Assembly: GCA_965224085.1 (NCBI GenBank)
Contig: CBDCYI010000011.1
Coordinates: 1,637,188 to 1,701,187 of the forward strand
Length of the DNA stretch: 64,000 nt
Source of the DNA: Candidatus Marinacidobacterales bacterium
GTDB taxonomy: Bacteria > Acidobacteriota > Vicinamibacteria > Marinacidobacterales > SMYC01
Reading direction: 5' to 3'
The stretch's first letter is position 1. Every line of letters starts with the position of its first letter. Below are positions 62,675-64,000 of the stretch, piece by piece. A program made the position numbers and the translations under genes. The notes beneath the pieces are model-generated. The model saw only the letters and a program-made list of their open reading frames with translations. It made no database searches and was not told where the DNA came from.

Positions 62675-64000
62675 CCCTAATCGCAAAAAAAGAGAGCAAA
62701 GTAGCGCGAAAGTATTGACAAAGGAGCCTCTGGGTTTATGTTTGGAGCGTTGCTTCCAAACAAAACACCAAACGACCAGAGGCCCCTATAGTGCGCTTGA
62801 AACTATCTCGATTTCGCCGGAACTTCAACAAGGATCTTCCGATCGAGTTCACAGAGCAGAACCTGAGCTCGTTTGGTGGACTGGAACTGTTTTCACGATA
62901 TTTGCGCCGGGTTGAGCTAAGCCGCCGGGTAGGAAAGGCGTGCAGAGGAAAAGGCATTCGGTCGGACTACGGGAGCGTCCGACTGGTTCTGGTGTTGGTT
63001 GGGATGCTGCTCGTGGGAGCTCGTCGTCTAGAGCACCTGCAGTATGTCTGTGATGACCCGATGCTGCTTCGCTTCTGTGGGTTGAGAAGACTACCGAGCC
63101 GTCCGACGATCGTGAATTGGCTGAAGCAATTCACGGGAGAGCGGCTCAAGGGCCTATCGGAGTTGAACGGTGTATTGGTCCACGAGCAGATCGAGCGATT
63201 GGGTCTGAACCGTCTGACGGTAGATATGGACGGCACCGTGGTTCAGGCAGGCAATCAGGTTGGATGGGCGTTTCGAGGATTCAATCCTCATCGCAAGAAG
63301 AATAAAAGTTACTACCCTTTGTTCGCTCACCTGGCTCAGACGGGCCAGATTCTCAAATCCAGAAATCGTCCTGGCAACGTTCACGACTCCAAGGGTGCCG
63401 ATGCGTTTCTACGGGAGCTGATAGGCGAGCTACGGGGCCAGTTCGGTCGGTCCCGAAAGCTGGAATTCCGCACGGATGCCGCGTTTTTCAACGAAAAGAT
63501 TCTCAAGAGGCTAGAGCGCTCCCGAAGCGAGTTCGCGATCAAGGCTCCGTTCTGGCCGTGGCTCGGCCTAAAGGAGGTCGTCGCTGGGCGCAAGCGATGG
63601 CACCGCGTGAGTGACGAAATCGATGGCTTCTCCATCAAACACTTCATCGAGCCCTGGAATATCACCGTCCGGATCGCGACCTATCGGAAGCGAGTTCGAC
63701 ATCGAACGCCGAAAAACTTCCAGCTCGACCTGTTTTCTCCAGACGACGGCTACTTCGAGTACTCAGCCGTCGCCACCAACAAATCGCTCACCGTCCAACG
63801 CCTTTGGTACTTCGCTGCTGGGCGAGGCGGCCAAGAGAAAACCTTCGCCGAATTGCGCAGCCAGTTCGCTCTCGACGTCGTGCCCACTAAAAGCTATGCC
63901 GCCAATAGCGCCTGGCAACAGTTGAACGTGCTCGCACACAACCTGTGTCGCAGCTTTCAGCTCGACACCATCGCCGAAACGAAAGGCATCTCTCGAAAGC
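62675..64000 (+). mobile_element. IS1380-family element, runs off the right edge
   Basis: Begins CCCTAATCGC immediately after the upstream stop; encodes a transposase. Confidence 0.75.
62791..64000 (+). CDS. IS1380-family transposase (partial)
   Basis: Hand translation from GTG 62791: LSSFGGLEL, TVDMDGTV, SYYPL, RPGNVHDS, RTDAAFF, GRGGQEK. Confidence 0.88.
   Translation, partial: MRLKLSRFRRNFNKDLPIEFTEQNLSSFGGLELFSRYLRRVELSRRVGKACRGKGIRSDYGSVRLVLVLVGMLLVGARRLEHLQYVCDDPMLLRFCGLRRLPSRPTIVNWLKQFTGERLKGLSELNGVLVHEQIERLGLNRLTVDMDGTVVQAGNQVGWAFRGFNPHRKKNKSYYPLFAHLAQTGQILKSRNRPGNVHDSKGADAFLRELIGELRGQFGRSRKLEFRTDAAFFNEKILKRLERSRSEFAIKAPFWPWLGLKEVVAGRKRWHRVSDEIDGFSIKHFIEPWNITVRIATYRKRVRHRTPKNFQLDLFSPDDGYFEYSAVATNKSLTVQRLWYFAAGRGGQEKTFAELRSQFALDVVPTKSYAANSAWQQLNVLAHNLCRSFQLDTIAETKGISRK

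Overview
A GC-rich bacterial chromosomal window. An Acidobacteriota-like host is inferred from ADOP-type ABC permease remnants, a Ser/Thr kinase-TolB_N-TPR gene and a DUF6152 gene pair. Metabolic and housekeeping genes include an M28 peptidase, a fused LeuD-LeuC-like aconitase, ETF-QO, cystathionine beta-synthase, D-aminoacylase, pyk, PBP1B, mtnP, mce/meaB, an acyl-CoA dehydrogenase, mtgA, DAHP synthase, an AttEFGH-like ABC system, a form II coxSLM-DEF cluster and tRNA-Val(CAC). The region is heavily eroded, with about 15 truncated, frameshifted or fused gene remnants. It holds two tnpA-only IS200/IS605 elements, three ISNCY-type elements stacked at one CTAG site, an IS1380 and an IS91-like remnant. 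Most notable: (1) an IS200 inserted exactly in frame in a PIN toxin whose antitoxin has lost its start; (2) a self-amplifying CTAG insertion stack; (3) a circularly permuted Tat-lipoprotein D-amino acid oxidase coupled to a diheme cytochrome c; (4) an orphan cluster of DnaA-box-like motifs. Family calls come from motif recognition by eye; no searches were run.
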